64,000 nucleotides of DNA from assembly GCF_009914755.1 (NCBI RefSeq), contig NC_060947.1. One strand, 5' to 3'. The notes below the pieces were generated by a model. The model had not been told where the DNA came from. It did no database searches and was given only the letters and a program-made list of their open reading frames with translations. The position numbers and the translations under genes were made by a program. Of this stretch, positions 33,301 to 46,461 are shown in pieces. How positions within the stretch are numbered: position 1 is the first letter of the stretch; every line of letters starts with the position of its first letter. Origin of the DNA: the human T2T-CHM13v2.0 reference genome, Homo sapiens.

Positions 33301-35982
33301 TTCTGTGTGCAAATGGTTGTTAAAATTTGGTGTTCCAGTGCGGTGGGGGAGTGGGGATGAACAGTGTAGGCTTCTCTTCTGCCATCGTACTCTGCCCTCT
33401 TTGGCTTACATTTTTAATCTTAACCTAAATTATACTTGTTTATGAGTACCTGGTGCAAATTACATATACATATAATTACTACACAAGTTTTAAAAATTGT
33501 AAAGTATTACATTGCTTAGATTAACGATGGATTGATTTTGTATCTCTGAACTATCCACTTTGGAGGTATATGTATGAATCAAACTTCCTTTTCACAGGGA
33601 ATGATACTTATCCAGATACACTTTTAGGAATCATAAAAAATTATTTAACTTTCAACTCTATGTTTATAAAATTAAAAAAAAAAGTTACTTATGCAAGCCA
33701 GAATTGCAGAAAAATAATAAAGTTTGCATAGCGACAAATATCTGTGTTCTATAGCTTTTCAAGTCAGGTGAATCATTTACTTAGGAAAATTGATGAATCA
33801 TGTTTAGAAAAATTCTGAAAGGGAAAATGTGACAAAGACATCATTTTTAAGTGAACAGTTGCTACAGTGTACATATTTTCTATGTAACATGGATATATGC
33901 AATTAATTATACCAGAAGGCACAAAAAATGTCTAAATTAGGAAATAGAACCTTCCTTTAGGAAAAGGCAATCAAATGATTTTATCTGTAGTGTTAACACT
34001 TCTACTAATAGGAAAATAATACAGTCTTACAAACAAGATGTTATTACTTCACTTTACCTCCAAATATTTAACAGTTCACACTCAACATATATGATCACAT
34101 GCAACATAATAATATGGAAATTGAAACATCTAGGATGGTGTGTTGGAATTATATACAGCTGTAAAATTGCATGATAATCTTAGTTTTCTGTATTTTTATT
34201 CTTTATCTTGGGAATAAAAATAATGCTTTATTTAGAAGATTTGTTTATATAGCAAAAGAAATAGTGAATTAAAAATGATCTATATAACTTTTAGAGTTTC
34301 TTTTCTGAAGCAATATATAAATCAATATTTATCCTTCATGAAATTGTAATTAGTCTTAGCAATATTTGTTGATTTTTGATGGTTCCCTAATAATTTCATC
34401 TAAAAGAAATTATTTAGTCCCATAATAGTTCAATTATATGGAGCTGAAATACGCAATGAAATTCAAAGTCCCTACAAGTACTCTAGTTTCTATGTAGCTT
34501 GTCACTGAAAGTCTCCTATTGAGTTTCTCTATTAGATTTGTTTCTAGGGATGACATCCATGAAGGGAAACAAAATTATTTCAAATAGAATATAAAACATA
34601 AGTACTTTGCAAAAATGCATATACATTGACATTTTATGAAATGTAAATAGAAAGAAGACTACATATATTTCATTAAAAAGAGAAAATATTTGAGTTTATA
34701 TTTTCAATCCTACTGAAATACACCTTAGCATTTTTTTATTATGCTAAAGTCTAGGTAAATAAACAGAATTTTACTGCCATTCATAAACTAGAGCAAGGAT
34801 ATAGAATACGAAACATGGGATATATTAGGTATTTATATATAATGTTGAACAGTATACATGTCTGTATTTGACTCAGCATATATTCTATGTACACATACTT
34901 ACATGTACAATTTACCACAATACATCATGGATATGTGTATACCTCCTGTTATATTTAATTTAAAAACATAAAATAACATGCTTATAATTCATATGTAAGT
35001 TTTTGTTCAGATCTGTGATCTATTATAAAGGAAGTATGAAAGATAAATCCTAAAGAGATGCAGAAGAGAATGGTGAATTCTTACTTAAATAAGCTGATAG
35101 AATGTCAAAGCAGAAAATGCATTTTATTTTTAATATGTTTAGCACAATAATACCTTTCAATCAGGCTGTTTCACAATCTTTGGGAAAAACATTAAACAAT
35201 TAAGAAATTATTCTCTTTCAAGGATTTCCATATTAATCAACACAAAACAGTCAGTTTTTGTTCAAAAACATGCAATATTAAACAACATATTATTTTGTGA
35301 TATGAATCAACTAGGTACACCTACAATGAATAGCAAATTTCAGTTTGGTTTCTTAGTTGGAGACAAAGGGGATGCAATTGGAGAACACGTATGAAGTTTT
35401 TAAGGTATTGACCATGTTCTATTTCTTAATTTGGCTTGTAGGTACATCATTGTATTAATTAAGATAAAGGCTAAGGTACTGTACTATGACTAAAGCTAGA
35501 GTTAATTTATATCTCATATAACAGTTCAAAGGCAGGCAGGGCCTTACACAATTATGGTCTATGTAGATTCTTAAGGTAATTCAGTGGAATTTTTATCCTT
35601 GTTTCCCTATGCACAATTTTCCCCCTCCCTGTCTTCTTTGAATATTTTCTTTCCCTAGTTTTCAGCAGTTTAACTATGATATGCTTACATATGTGTTGCT
35701 TCATTTGTTCTGTTTCATGGTTCACTAAGAATCTTTAATCTCCACGTTTGTGCTTTGCATTATATTTGGCAGAATTTTGAAGCCTAAAAAATACAGTTTG
35801 AAAAGCATTCATCTAGATCATCCATTTCATTTTTAAAAATTTGGAATAAATATACCTAGAGAGGTAAGTAACTGCCTACTCAAGACTAAATAGAAAACAT
35901 CCTAAGTTCAAGGCACAAAAAATGAGATATTTGGCTTAAATTTAAAATTAAAAGAGCTGAACCTTTTTTGAAGGTTTGAACC

Positions 35983-36673
35983 TAATTGAACCTGCCCAAT
36001 TTTTCCATAAAACTAATCTTTACTTCTTCTTAACAAGGTCTCACTCTGTCACGCACGCTGGAGTGCAGCAGCACAATCATAGCTCACTGAATCCTTGGAC
36101 TCCTGTGCTTACACAATCCTCCTGCTCAGCCTCCTGAGTAACTGGGACTACAGGCCTGCCACAGTGCTGAGCTAATTATTTTTTTTAATTTTGTAGAGAT
36201 AGGGTCTTGTTGTGTTGCCCAGGCTGGTCTCAAACTCCTCCCGCAATCCTGCTGCCTCAGCCTCCCAAAGCTCTAGGATTACAAGCTATTTTTAAAAATA
36301 ATCATAGAAATTGACCCTGCAAGGTCTTAAAACTTGAAAGGTGCATTGGTCTCATTTGAGTTCCTTCTTGAGAAAACTAATCCTCAGGCATAGAATGGAA
36401 ACTCATCAGATGACCACATCCAGGCCCTGAGACATCAGACCTCTTATCCATAATTATTGCTTCCTTATCCTTCCCTAATTTCCTGCCTTCCTCACTATTA
36501 TAAACCCCCCAATTTTACTCAGTTGGATGATGGATTTAAGACTATGTCCCTTTCTCCTCAGCTGCAGCACCTGGTTAAAGCCTCCTACCCTGACAATACT
36601 CATTGTCTCTGTGATTGGCATTATGTGCAATGAGCAGCAGAACCTAGATTGAACCCCTAGTGTTTTAGTAACA
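35983..36673 (+). mobile_element. ERV1 MER4-group solo LTR interrupted by AluJ
   Basis: 'catagaaattgaccctgcaaggtcttaaaacttgaaa...ctcagctgcagcacctggttaaagcc...gaacccctagtgttttagtaaca'. Exact family unsure. Confidence 0.75.
36030..36285 (-). mobile_element. AluJ (degraded)
   Basis: 'aaggtctcactctgtc...caatcatagctcactg...cctcccaaagctctaggattacaag'. Confidence 0.88.
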
Positions 36674-37089
36674 TAATTGAGTTAATAAGACATTGTAGGA
36701 TGAAGAGAAGAAAGGAGAGTGTAGAGTCACTAAATCAACTATTCCCAAACCATCCATATACAATGTAGTGCAGTAACCGGTAATTTCAGAATAACTCTTT
36801 ACTTAATTTAAATTAACTTTAGTAACTGTAATGGCTTAACTTTGATATTATTCAATGTTATGGGTCTTTTAGAAGATAATGATCCTGTCCTCTTTAAGCA
36901 GACAAATGATTAATTTATCAAGATATTCAGTCACATGTATTTTCATTACCTTCAAAAATTAAATTTATTTTCATTAAGCATGTAAATAAGAGGAAAAGAA
37001 TGAAAAAGGACAGGATAAAAAAACATTTATCACCACTTAGAAAATGTGGTATTATTGTTTTCATTCATACAGCAATACCAAAATATAGT

Positions 37090-37300
37090 GCAGTCTAATT
37101 TGAACTTTAAAAAGAACACTGTCTGCATTTCAGAGAATGAACTAGAGCACAGCAGTACTGCAGGCAAGACAACCAGTTGGAAGCTGTTGCTGAAATCAAT
37201 GATAGATACGGGGATTTGTTGAAACATTCTTAGTGGTCTCATGGATAAAGCTGGTAGAATCAAAAAATATTAAAAATAATCCAAAGGATTTAGTTACCAC
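37090..37300 (-). mobile_element. L2 fragment
   Basis: 'gagaatgaactagag...gcaggcaagacaaccagttggaagctgttgctgaaatc' resembles antisense L2. Confidence 0.5.
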
Positions 37301-37363
37301 ATTTTCTAATACTGTATTTAGACATAACTCTAAAAAAACTGAGAAATTACTATGTTTAGTAGT

Positions 37364-37724
37364 TGATATGGTTTGGTTCTGTGTCCCCACCCAAATATCA
37401 CCTTGAATAGTAATAATCCCCACATGTCACGGGAGGGACCCAGTGGGAGGTAATTGAATCATGGGGGTGGGATTTTCCCATGCCATTCTCATGATAGTGA
37501 ATAAGCCTCATGAGATCTGATGGTTTTATAAAGGGGACGTCCCCTGCACATGCCCTCTTGCTTGCCGCCATGTAGGACATGACTTTTTTCCTCCTTCGCC
37601 TTCTACCATGATTGTGAGGCCTCCTCAGCCATGTGGAACTATGAGTCCATTAAACTTCCTTTCCTTTATAAATTACCAAGTCTCAGTTATGTCTTTATTA
37701 GCAGTGTGAGAATAGACTAATATA
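37364..37724 (+). mobile_element. THE1 solo LTR (THE1C/D-like)
   Basis: tgatatggtttggttctgtgtccccacccaaat...gactaatata; perfect TSD GTAGT. Confidence 0.95.
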
Positions 37725-38084
37725 GTAGTGTATATACTCGTCATAATTATCTGAAAATTAAGTATTTTCTGAAAATGGATAATATATTTTACTAATGTTT
37801 ATAGAAATGTGACCAACATTTATTCATTCAGATAAAGATTATTCTCATTTTTGAGGTGACTTAGATTAAGGTATTTTATTTTCTGTCAGAAGAGCAACCA
37901 TTGAGGATGAATTAAGGCTTGACTATTACAATATTATAGTTAGAAGATGAAACTTCTGTTCAATGATAAAAAATACTTATATATCTATAGTTTTAGTTAA
38001 CCAGGCTAACTAACAAAACTGTTTGCATTACTAATATTTTGTTAGTTTTCACAATTTAAGCCTAAATTTTGAAAGCACCACTGC

Positions 38085-38740
38085 TTTTGGTAGGCTAGCT
38101 CAGGTTCTTGTCTTTGCCACCCTAAAGAATTTGAAGGTGACAATAAAGTGAAGGTGTAAAAGATTTATTGCAGAGTGAAAGCAAGTACACACTCAAGAGA
38201 GGAGTTCAGAGGAGTTCAGAATGAGCCATGTGCAACATGGTCAGGACTCATATCACATATTGATAAGCATAATGCAGCCATGAAATATTATATAATAAGG
38301 GAAGGTGTTTTCTGGAAAATGAGCAGGTAATTCCTGGAGTCAGGATGCCACTCTTTGTTGTTGTTGTTGTTGCTTTTGTCGTTGTTTGACTAAATATGGT
38401 TAATCCAGAACTGTCATGGTGTCAGGTGCAGGATGGGAGTGGGAGGCTTCCCCATGGAATTTTTATGTTAACAGAAACATAATGCAGCTGAGGGTAAACA
38501 GTTGTTCAAGATTTTGGCCATCTTGGATTTAACCAGTTGTGGCCAGTTTCTGCTTTGTTACATTCTTATCTGTGCCTAAAGTAGGATGTTTGCAATCTGT
38601 CTTCATTGTTGTGACCTATTGTAACAGTTCCCTTCTACTAAGGGATGGATTTATGTTCTAACCTGTTTGGCTCTGTTCGTGTTGCTTTGAGCCACCTGAA
38701 AGTACTTATGTTCCATTTTCTCACCAATTTGCCCACCTCA
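38085..38740 (-). mobile_element. ERV1-type solo LTR (family uncertain)
   Basis: 'caggttcttgtc...aaagaatttgaagg...agatttattgcagagtgaaag...gtacacactc'; reverse complement starts tgaggtgggc; AATAAA on minus strand. Confidence 0.65.
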
Positions 38741-39029
38741 ATATGAATAATTTTTCTTCAGTTTAAAAAATAAAATCACCAGGTGTATTTGTTGAAATTA
38801 CTTCCCCAAGCTGCTTCTTAAATATTTGCTGATGTGATGAAGTATTTTATTAAGGTTGCTTACTTTACTGACTTAAAAAAGAGCAAAAGAAGTGACTGGA
38901 TAAATTCTAATATGTTTGTCTTCTTGAAACTCAACTTATAGCAATCAAATAGATTTATGTGTGATTGTATTTATAGAAAGAAAATGAAAGAAAAAAACTA
39001 TGACCAATAAACGTTAGAAAGCTAATGTC

Positions 39030-39930
39030 ATAAATTTCTATTTCTGGTAATAGAGTTTAACCAAACAAGTGGACTTATTCTACCACTAAAAATAACTAAA
39101 AATGTCAGAACAGTAAAGTTTTACCAGTATTCTCAAACACATCAAATATCTGTTAATACGATAGAACCTTATCAGGTCACATTTAAAAAGAGGCTGGAAA
39201 CAAAGTGCTAAGAAAAACGCTAAAGCCGCTTTTACCCTGAGGACTTTTGCCTGAACTAGAGACTTGGAGTTTTTAACTGTATGTTCCTATGGGTCAATGA
39301 GAATGAAAGACGAAGACTATGTTCCAGCCAAGTTTGGAAATTTAATAGCAGATCTTTCCCCATCAATCTAGGATTCAAAAGGACTATCTCATGAATGTAA
39401 ATATAAATCAGAATTAAAAGCAAATGCCCACGACTTCAGTCATAGAGAATAGCATAAAAGTACGATTGTTTTTCAGAGGAATAAGGCAGAAAAAAACTAC
39501 TGCATAAATGCAATTAAAAGTTTGCCAATCACATGCAACAGATCACCTGGGTGCTCCAAAACGTTTAAATAAATACAATTAATTTAAAATAGCCCTAGAT
39601 CTCTGGCATCTTCAGGAACAAATGAAAATATTCTGTGAGAGAACACAGCTTCAGCCCAGGCCTCAGTGATTCTCCACAACTAATTTTCCCCAAAAATGTA
39701 CAATTCAAAGTTAAAAATAAGTAAGAAGCAGCCAAACAATATAAGGTATATATAGATCCTTAAAGGCATCATATATAAGAATCATCAAATATAACACTTA
39801 AAATAAACATATTTAACATATTTAAAGACATAAAAAGTTTGAAAATGTCTTTAGTAATAGAAAAATATTTATTAAAATATTTAGGAGATAAAATCTAAAT
39901 TTTAATAAGAAATATTTCAATATTTGAAAT
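39030..39930 (+). mobile_element. Old L1 (L1ME-like) 5'/ORF1 fragments
   Basis: A-rich; 'taccactaaaaataactaaaa', 'gccgcttttaccctgaggac', 'aaataaacatatttaacatatttaaagac'. Confidence 0.5.
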
Positions 39931-41019
39931 TTAAAGGAAAATAGGTAAGATCTGCACTTGCATGGTGCTCAGCCTAATCACCAACACACAGGAAATTGAC
40001 TATTGTCTATGAAAGCCATGTTGCAATGGGGTGATGGGATTTTCCTCTCTGGAAAATTTGGTCACAAATCAACAACAATAAAAGCAATTGGAAAAATTAC
40101 TTAAAACCACAAAAATACCAAAAGGAAATGAAACAACATCAAACAATCTTAATCTGAAATGAAACAAGTCAAGACGGCTTTACAGATTTAAATAAAATAA
40201 AAAGTTTTAGAGCATCATGACAGATTCAGAAGCTCAGGTATAGGTCACGAATCCTGATAACAAAAAACAAAAATTGTCACCATGCCTTACATATTTTACA
40301 TGTATTAATGAAATGAAGCATCACCTATGTTGTGGCTGTACCGCTTTCAATGATATACAAATTACATGTACCATTCAGAAGATCCATTTTAGTAATAACT
40401 ATATGCCAAAAAGTTATGTGATGCAATACTTTAAAGAGATATTGATAAGGAAGATTTTGTCAATCAATCTTTCCTCTGTTACTTCATAAGACTACAATAC
40501 CACTTGTATATCATCTATATGAGGAATATCTCCCCTTCTTACTAAATATGTCACTATTCTAGAGTTTGCAACTCAAAATAGGATTCTAGTACCAATAGAA
40601 ACAACAGAAGCAATTCTCATTTCACCAGAAAAAGTTTGATATATTTCCAGACCAGTAGCATTATGAGAAATTCATAAACACTCACCAACCCCTTAAGCAC
40701 CAAAAGGCCATGGAATTGGTGATTGGTGATAGTTACTGAGTCTTGTTTTACATTCTTTTCTAAAGAGACGTTTGCAGCAGCAACCTTTTTTCCTTTTTCT
40801 TTCTTTTTTTTTTTTTTTGGTCTTTAAAGTCTCACCTAGAAGCATTTGTTAACTGCAACAACTAATAGTGTCATTTTCTCAATGATTCCTTTTTCTTATG
40901 GAAGACTATTAAATGCCATGTTGAGCATTTTATTCTTTGTTCAAACTGATGTTGTAAATACATGTACAGTTGCAATTTGGTAGATAATTTTCATCTTTAC
41001 CCAAGGTTATAAAAAATAA

Positions 41020-42039
41020 TTTGAGACTACCAGTTTGAGCCAAGATGAAATAACAGGGGTTAGATTTAACCTGAAACAACTAAAATGCAGAGCAATATAT
41101 AGGAAACAACAGGTCTCAAGACATGAAACTTCAGATAATGAAGGACTGTGATCTCTGAGAAAAGGGAAGCAAACAAGATGAGCCCTGTTATTGCTCCTTC
41201 TTACTGTATTAAGGGAGTTTTTAGGCCTACACTTTTCAGGCACAGAATCTAGACAGAGCATAGCAGCCTTCCTGAACTGAACAGACATAATTGAGAGTCT
41301 GAGAAAACCAAGACAGCTACAGTTTGAGAAAGAGGATACCATACAGGAAAGAAATACACAGAAGTCAAATTGCAGAGACACAGACATTCTGATCACTGTG
41401 TACATGTGATGAAACTATAAGAGGCTGGTGAAAGAAGTATAGAAAAGATTAGCAGAAGAGGTTTCAGAGCTTATGCAGTGCTAGGAACAATAACTTTCAA
41501 CCAGTGAAATTAAAGACTTGATATTTCACAAGGAATTCATTAGAGCACCCAGAAGAGGGGTCTTGCCTCCATAGTGGTAAATAATTTGCCCCAGACTAAA
41601 GGCTGCACTGGTCTTGCCTAACATACATTAAATTCAAGAACCAAAAGCACCAAACTATCTCCTAGTGACTTAACTATGAATCAGAACACAGCTCAAGACA
41701 ATTAAAAGAATACAAAATTACCTAGCATCCCAAAATGTAAAATTTATAATGTGTGGCACCCAATAAAAAATTATCAAGTATGCAAAAAATGGAAAAATAA
41801 ATAAATCTGGATGAAGAAGAAAGTGAATCAATTTAAACTAATCCAGATTTGAAATAGATATTAGATTTGACACACAAAGACATTAAAGCAGTTACAATAT
41901 TGGAATTTGAAATTTTCAAAATGTTAAGTAAAACCCGGAAAGTTATGGAAAACATTCATCTCTTTCATTTCAAGACACAAAAACAACAGTGTATTAGATT
42001 AATATTATACTGGAGTCTTCTAATGGAAGATTAGACATT
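41020..42039 (+). mobile_element. Old L1 (L1MC/MD/ME) 5' region and ORF1 start
   Basis: 'caagatgaaataacagggg', 'aaatgtaaaatttataatgtgtggcacccaataaaaaattatc', 'aaagacattaaagcagttac'. Confidence 0.7.
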
Positions 42040-42783
42040 TGAGGACTAAGCTCGAACTTTTTATCTTGCCCAAATTCCTACCTAAGGTGTCTAGGGAGTC
42101 ATGCCCTACAAAACATAAATTCTCAGCAAATGGGTTTTAGTTGACCCTATATATAGTGAGTTACTTTTCAGTTTGACTCTGGCATAACATTACAAGACAA
42201 GGAAAAAACATTTAACCCTAAAATATATTTTCTTGCCATACCTTGAAATTGCCCTGCAAAGTCTCTTGTGGGAAAAATCCACAGCCTATAGAGAATCCCC
42301 TTTCCCCTTTGTCCTTCCTTTCCAGATCCAGAAGATAATCAACTAAGAGCCAGACACTCTTTTAGGTCTAATAAAGATTTTACAACCTGCTGTCTCTCTG
42401 AAGTCTGCTATCTGAGAAATTTCTCTGCACAATAAATCTTGGTCTCCACAATCCTTTATCTTAACCTGAACATTCTTTTCCATTAATCCCAGGTCTTCAG
42501 ATAAACTCAACCAATTGTCAACCAGAAAATGTTTAAATTTACCTATAGCCTGGAAGCCTCCTGCTATGAGTTGTCCTGTCTTTCTAAATCAACCAATGTA
42601 TTTCTTAAATGTATTTGATGCCTTATGCCTTCCTAAACTATACAAAACCAAGCTGTACCCTGACCATCTTGGGCACATGTTCTCAGGACCTCCTGAGGGC
42701 TGCGTCATGGGCCTTGGTCACTCATATTTGGCTCAGAATAAATCTCCTCAAATATTTTACCGAGTTTGACTCTTTTCGTCGAC
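42040..42783 (+). mobile_element. MER4 (MER4D/E-like) solo LTR
   Basis: tgaggactaagctc...ttatcttgcccaaattcctacctaagg...cagaataaatctc...gagtttgactcttttcgtcgac. Confidence 0.92.
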
Positions 42784-43241
42784 CTCCACATCTTGTCCCA
42801 CTGGATAGTTTTTAGGGCCAAGAACACACCTGGAGCTGTCATCTCCTATGATAACAATGCCTTCTGGAATTCTTTCTGAAGGACCTGCTTGAGACTGTTT
42901 TACAGCTATTTTGTTATAAATAGAAGGAATACGCTCCAAAATAATGATAAAAAGTATAGTATAGTTAATACATAAACTAGTAATATAGTTGTTTATTATC
43001 ATTATCGAGTATTATATACTATGCGTTATTGTATTTGGTATACTTTTATATACCTGGTAGACCAACAGGTTTGTTTACACCAGCATTACCACAAACATGA
43101 GTGATTTGTTATGCTATGACATTATAATGGCTACGATGTCTCCAGGTGATAGGAATTTTTCAGCTCAATTATAAACTTAGGGGCCACCATGGTATATGCT
43201 GCCCATTGTTGACCAAAATGTTGTTATGCAGTGCATTACTG
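42784..43241 (+). mobile_element. Tigger3 (MER7) 3' part, TcMar DNA transposon
   Basis: 'ggagctgtcatctcctatgataacaatgcc'; terminal 'gttgaccaaaatgttgttatgcagtgcattactg' followed by TA. Confidence 0.9.
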
Positions 43242-43419
43242 TATATATATTTTTTGAGCCATTCTAATAGAAGTATTGATTATATGTATTTTCTATGAAA
43301 ACTACATTGCTTTTTTTATATTTTAGTGCTAGAAGAGGAAGTGACTAATATTATTCCTTGTATGCCAATATTAGATAAAATTGGTCATTGCATTATCTTT
43401 ACGTATATATCCGAAATAA

Positions 43420-43726
<307 letters not shown>

Positions 43727-45647
43727 CCGAGATAACATTCTTTACATTGTGTTCATTCATTAAGCTCATTTCTTTCTGGCCTTATCCGTATTTCTTTCGC
43801 AGCTGTTCTTCAAACTGAACACTTCCCAAATGATTGTTATGCATCTACTTTTATTTTATTTCCGGTATCAGTACAATTGAAACAAGAGAAACCAGATCTT
43901 CTTCAAAAAAATATCTAGAATCTAATACATGACTGAATGAAATATATTCAACATTTTCCTATTTTGTGCAAAATTCTCCAGTTTGTATTTTGATATTTTT
44001 AACACTATTCAGACTACACACATAATATGACTCTAAAAAACTGATACCAATTTTCCAGAAAAAAAGCAAAAATTCTCCTTGGTCCTTTAGAAGCATTCAT
44101 CAGTACCAATTATTTGAAAATATTAAAGTGGTAGATTGGTTATTAAGACAGAAGCAAGTCTTTCACTTTACACAGATCAAACTAACTGAAGCTTCTTTAA
44201 AAAGTTTTCTGTATCAGATCAGCACACATTCACATCTGTCAAAACTTGACATTCCTTATCAGGAAATATTCAGAGAAAATTTGCTTTTTGTTCTCTTGTG
44301 TGAAGTTCCTCACTTCTTCTTCCATTTATCTGGCATATGTTGAGGCCCTTTGAAACATGTCACACCATTTTTTCTAGAAAATGACTATTTTTTCTATCTG
44401 AACGGATATGAAAATTTGCAAATGTTCAGTACTTATTTTATTGGTGTTTGTTTTAAGCAAACATATTTACCCAAATATTTGTGATAACAATATTCAAGTT
44501 TTCCACAAGCTTTAAAACTGATTTTAATTGTATTTGCATGATTGATAATTGCTTATTGCCCCCAAAAGTTTAATGTAAATCTTAATAGGCAGTAAAATTT
44601 TATTCAACACTCTTAAGCAAAATATAGAAAATAAACCCAGAAATAATTAAGTTTCATGACGATATCAAAGAATCTTGACATACAATATCTTAATTGCAAG
44701 TATAGTAATCTGCATTCAGACAAAGGAGATAGTATGTCTGCCTATTAGACATCTAAGAACTATTTTTGAAAGACTTGAAATTAAGTTTTTTAGCTTTCAA
44801 TGATTTACTTCAATTCAAACAAACTAGCATAATTCGTTAGAGCCCTTTTAATAATGAATTATGTTAATTACAAAGTAAAATATGGTTGCCACTAATTTAT
44901 GTATAATTAATTTCTTCCTTTAACAGTGGCAATAGGTTCTCTAGTCATATCTACATATAGAGCGAGTGAATCAATTGTATGTAATGAAAAATTCATTCTA
45001 AAAATTATACCAGTTTCTTTCTGCCAAACTGATGCTAAATCAGCAATTTAGCCAAATCAGTATTATTGAAATTCTCCTCTGCTGTGGCCATCCTTTAGTG
45101 AACACTCACAAGGGACACAAATATTTTCACTTTTTTTGTCCAGTGAGCGAGGTCTGTCCACATATATCCTCCCCAAATTTCCTTGTCATCAATTATTTAA
45201 TCACGTCCCTTCAAAGTCCCTGACCATCCAGACATTTCTCTTTTCAAAATAAGTAAACAACCAACTTTATGGCTCAATGTTCTGCAAACTGGTAGGTTCT
45301 TTCTTTTACTACCGTCTTTTAGGGATGGCCCAGAAATAAGCTCTAGTGCTGTAGCTGTCTGCTTTTGGATAGTGTCTGAATATTTTGCAGAACCATTTGA
45401 AACCAGAGCTAAATCTTCCCTTCTGTCAACTGATCGTAGGAAATTCCCTGAGAGGCCATAGATACAGGTTGGGAGAGAGTAGGCTACGTAGCAGGAACAG
45501 GGACCATGTGCATTTGGTCCACTTCATGTAGCTTACTTGTGCCCTCAGGACCTGTCTCAGCTTGATCATATAAATACCACTTCCATTTGATGTTAGAATA
45601 CTACAGTGCATGCCCAACTTCATAGCTTGGTAGGTAAGATAATGTCC

Positions 45648-45652
<5 letters not shown>

Positions 45653-45688
<36 letters not shown>

Positions 45689-45967
45689 AGACCGAGTCTC
45701 TTTCTGTCACCCAGGCTGGAGTGCAGTGGCGTGATCTTGGCTTACTGCAACCTCCCCCTCCTGAGTTCAAGTGATTTTCCTCAGCCTCCTGAGTAGCCGG
45801 GACTACAGGCACACACCACCATGCCCAGCTAAATTTTTTGTATGTTTAGTAGAGACGGGGTTTCACCATGTTGGCCAGGCTGGTCTCGAACTCCTGACCT
45901 CAGGTGATCCGCCCACCTAGGCCTCCCAAATTGCTGGGATTACAGGCGTGAGCCACTGCGTCTGGCC
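45653..45967 (-). mobile_element. AluSx-like
   Basis: Long poly-T, 'gacctcaggtgatccgccc'; loose TSD taatgtcctc / taatgccctc. Confidence 0.95.
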
Positions 45968-46078
45968 CTGTAATGCCCTCTATATTGTGGGAAGCTCAAG
46001 TCCCATGGTAACCTGATGGCCCATGGTATAAGCCTTCAGCTTCTACTAAAGCCTAGTATCAGAAAAATTGCTGTTTTT

Positions 46079-46461
46079 CTCCTCTCCTTTCTCCTTTTTC
46101 TCCTTTCTCCTTTCCTTTCCTTTCTTTCCTTTCTTCTTTCCTTTCCCCTTTTCTTTCTCGTTCTTCTTTTTTTTTCTTTTTCTTTTTTTCAAGCTCTCGC
46201 TCTGTCACCCAGGATGGAGTGCAGTGGCACAATCCTGGCTCACTGCAGTCTCCTGGACTCAAACCATCCTCCTGCCTCAGCTCCCTGAGTAGCTGGGGCT
46301 ACAAGCACATGCCACCATGCCCTGCTAATGTTTGAACTTTTTGTAGAGTTGGGGTTTTGCCATATTGCCCAGGCTGGTTTTGAACTCCTGGGCTCAAGTG
46401 ATCTGCCCACCTCAGCCTCCCAAACTACTTGGATTACAGGTGTGTGCCACTGCACCCTGTC
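46079..46461 (-). mobile_element. AluJ with CT-rich expanded tail
   Basis: 'gaactcctgggctcaagtgatc'; TSD aaaaattgctgttttt / aaaaatagctgttttt. Confidence 0.92.

Larger units (their letters stand above)
24767..33402 (-). mobile_element. Near full-length decayed L1MA1-3-like LINE-1 (3'UTR, ORF2, ORF1, long 5'UTR) with MST and two Alu insertions
   Basis: 3' end at 24767; ORF 25242-25478 (PYDPSIPLLGIY) is ORF2; ORF 30951-31217 (NLRAIGLKEEVEKE) is ORF1; 5' start reads agagggcagagtacgatggcagaa on minus strand at ~33402. Confidence 0.94.

Noticed and set aside
34140-35920. Faint MIR, L2, MLT1 and L1ME traces
   Set aside because: Too degraded to give supportable boundaries or families by eye.
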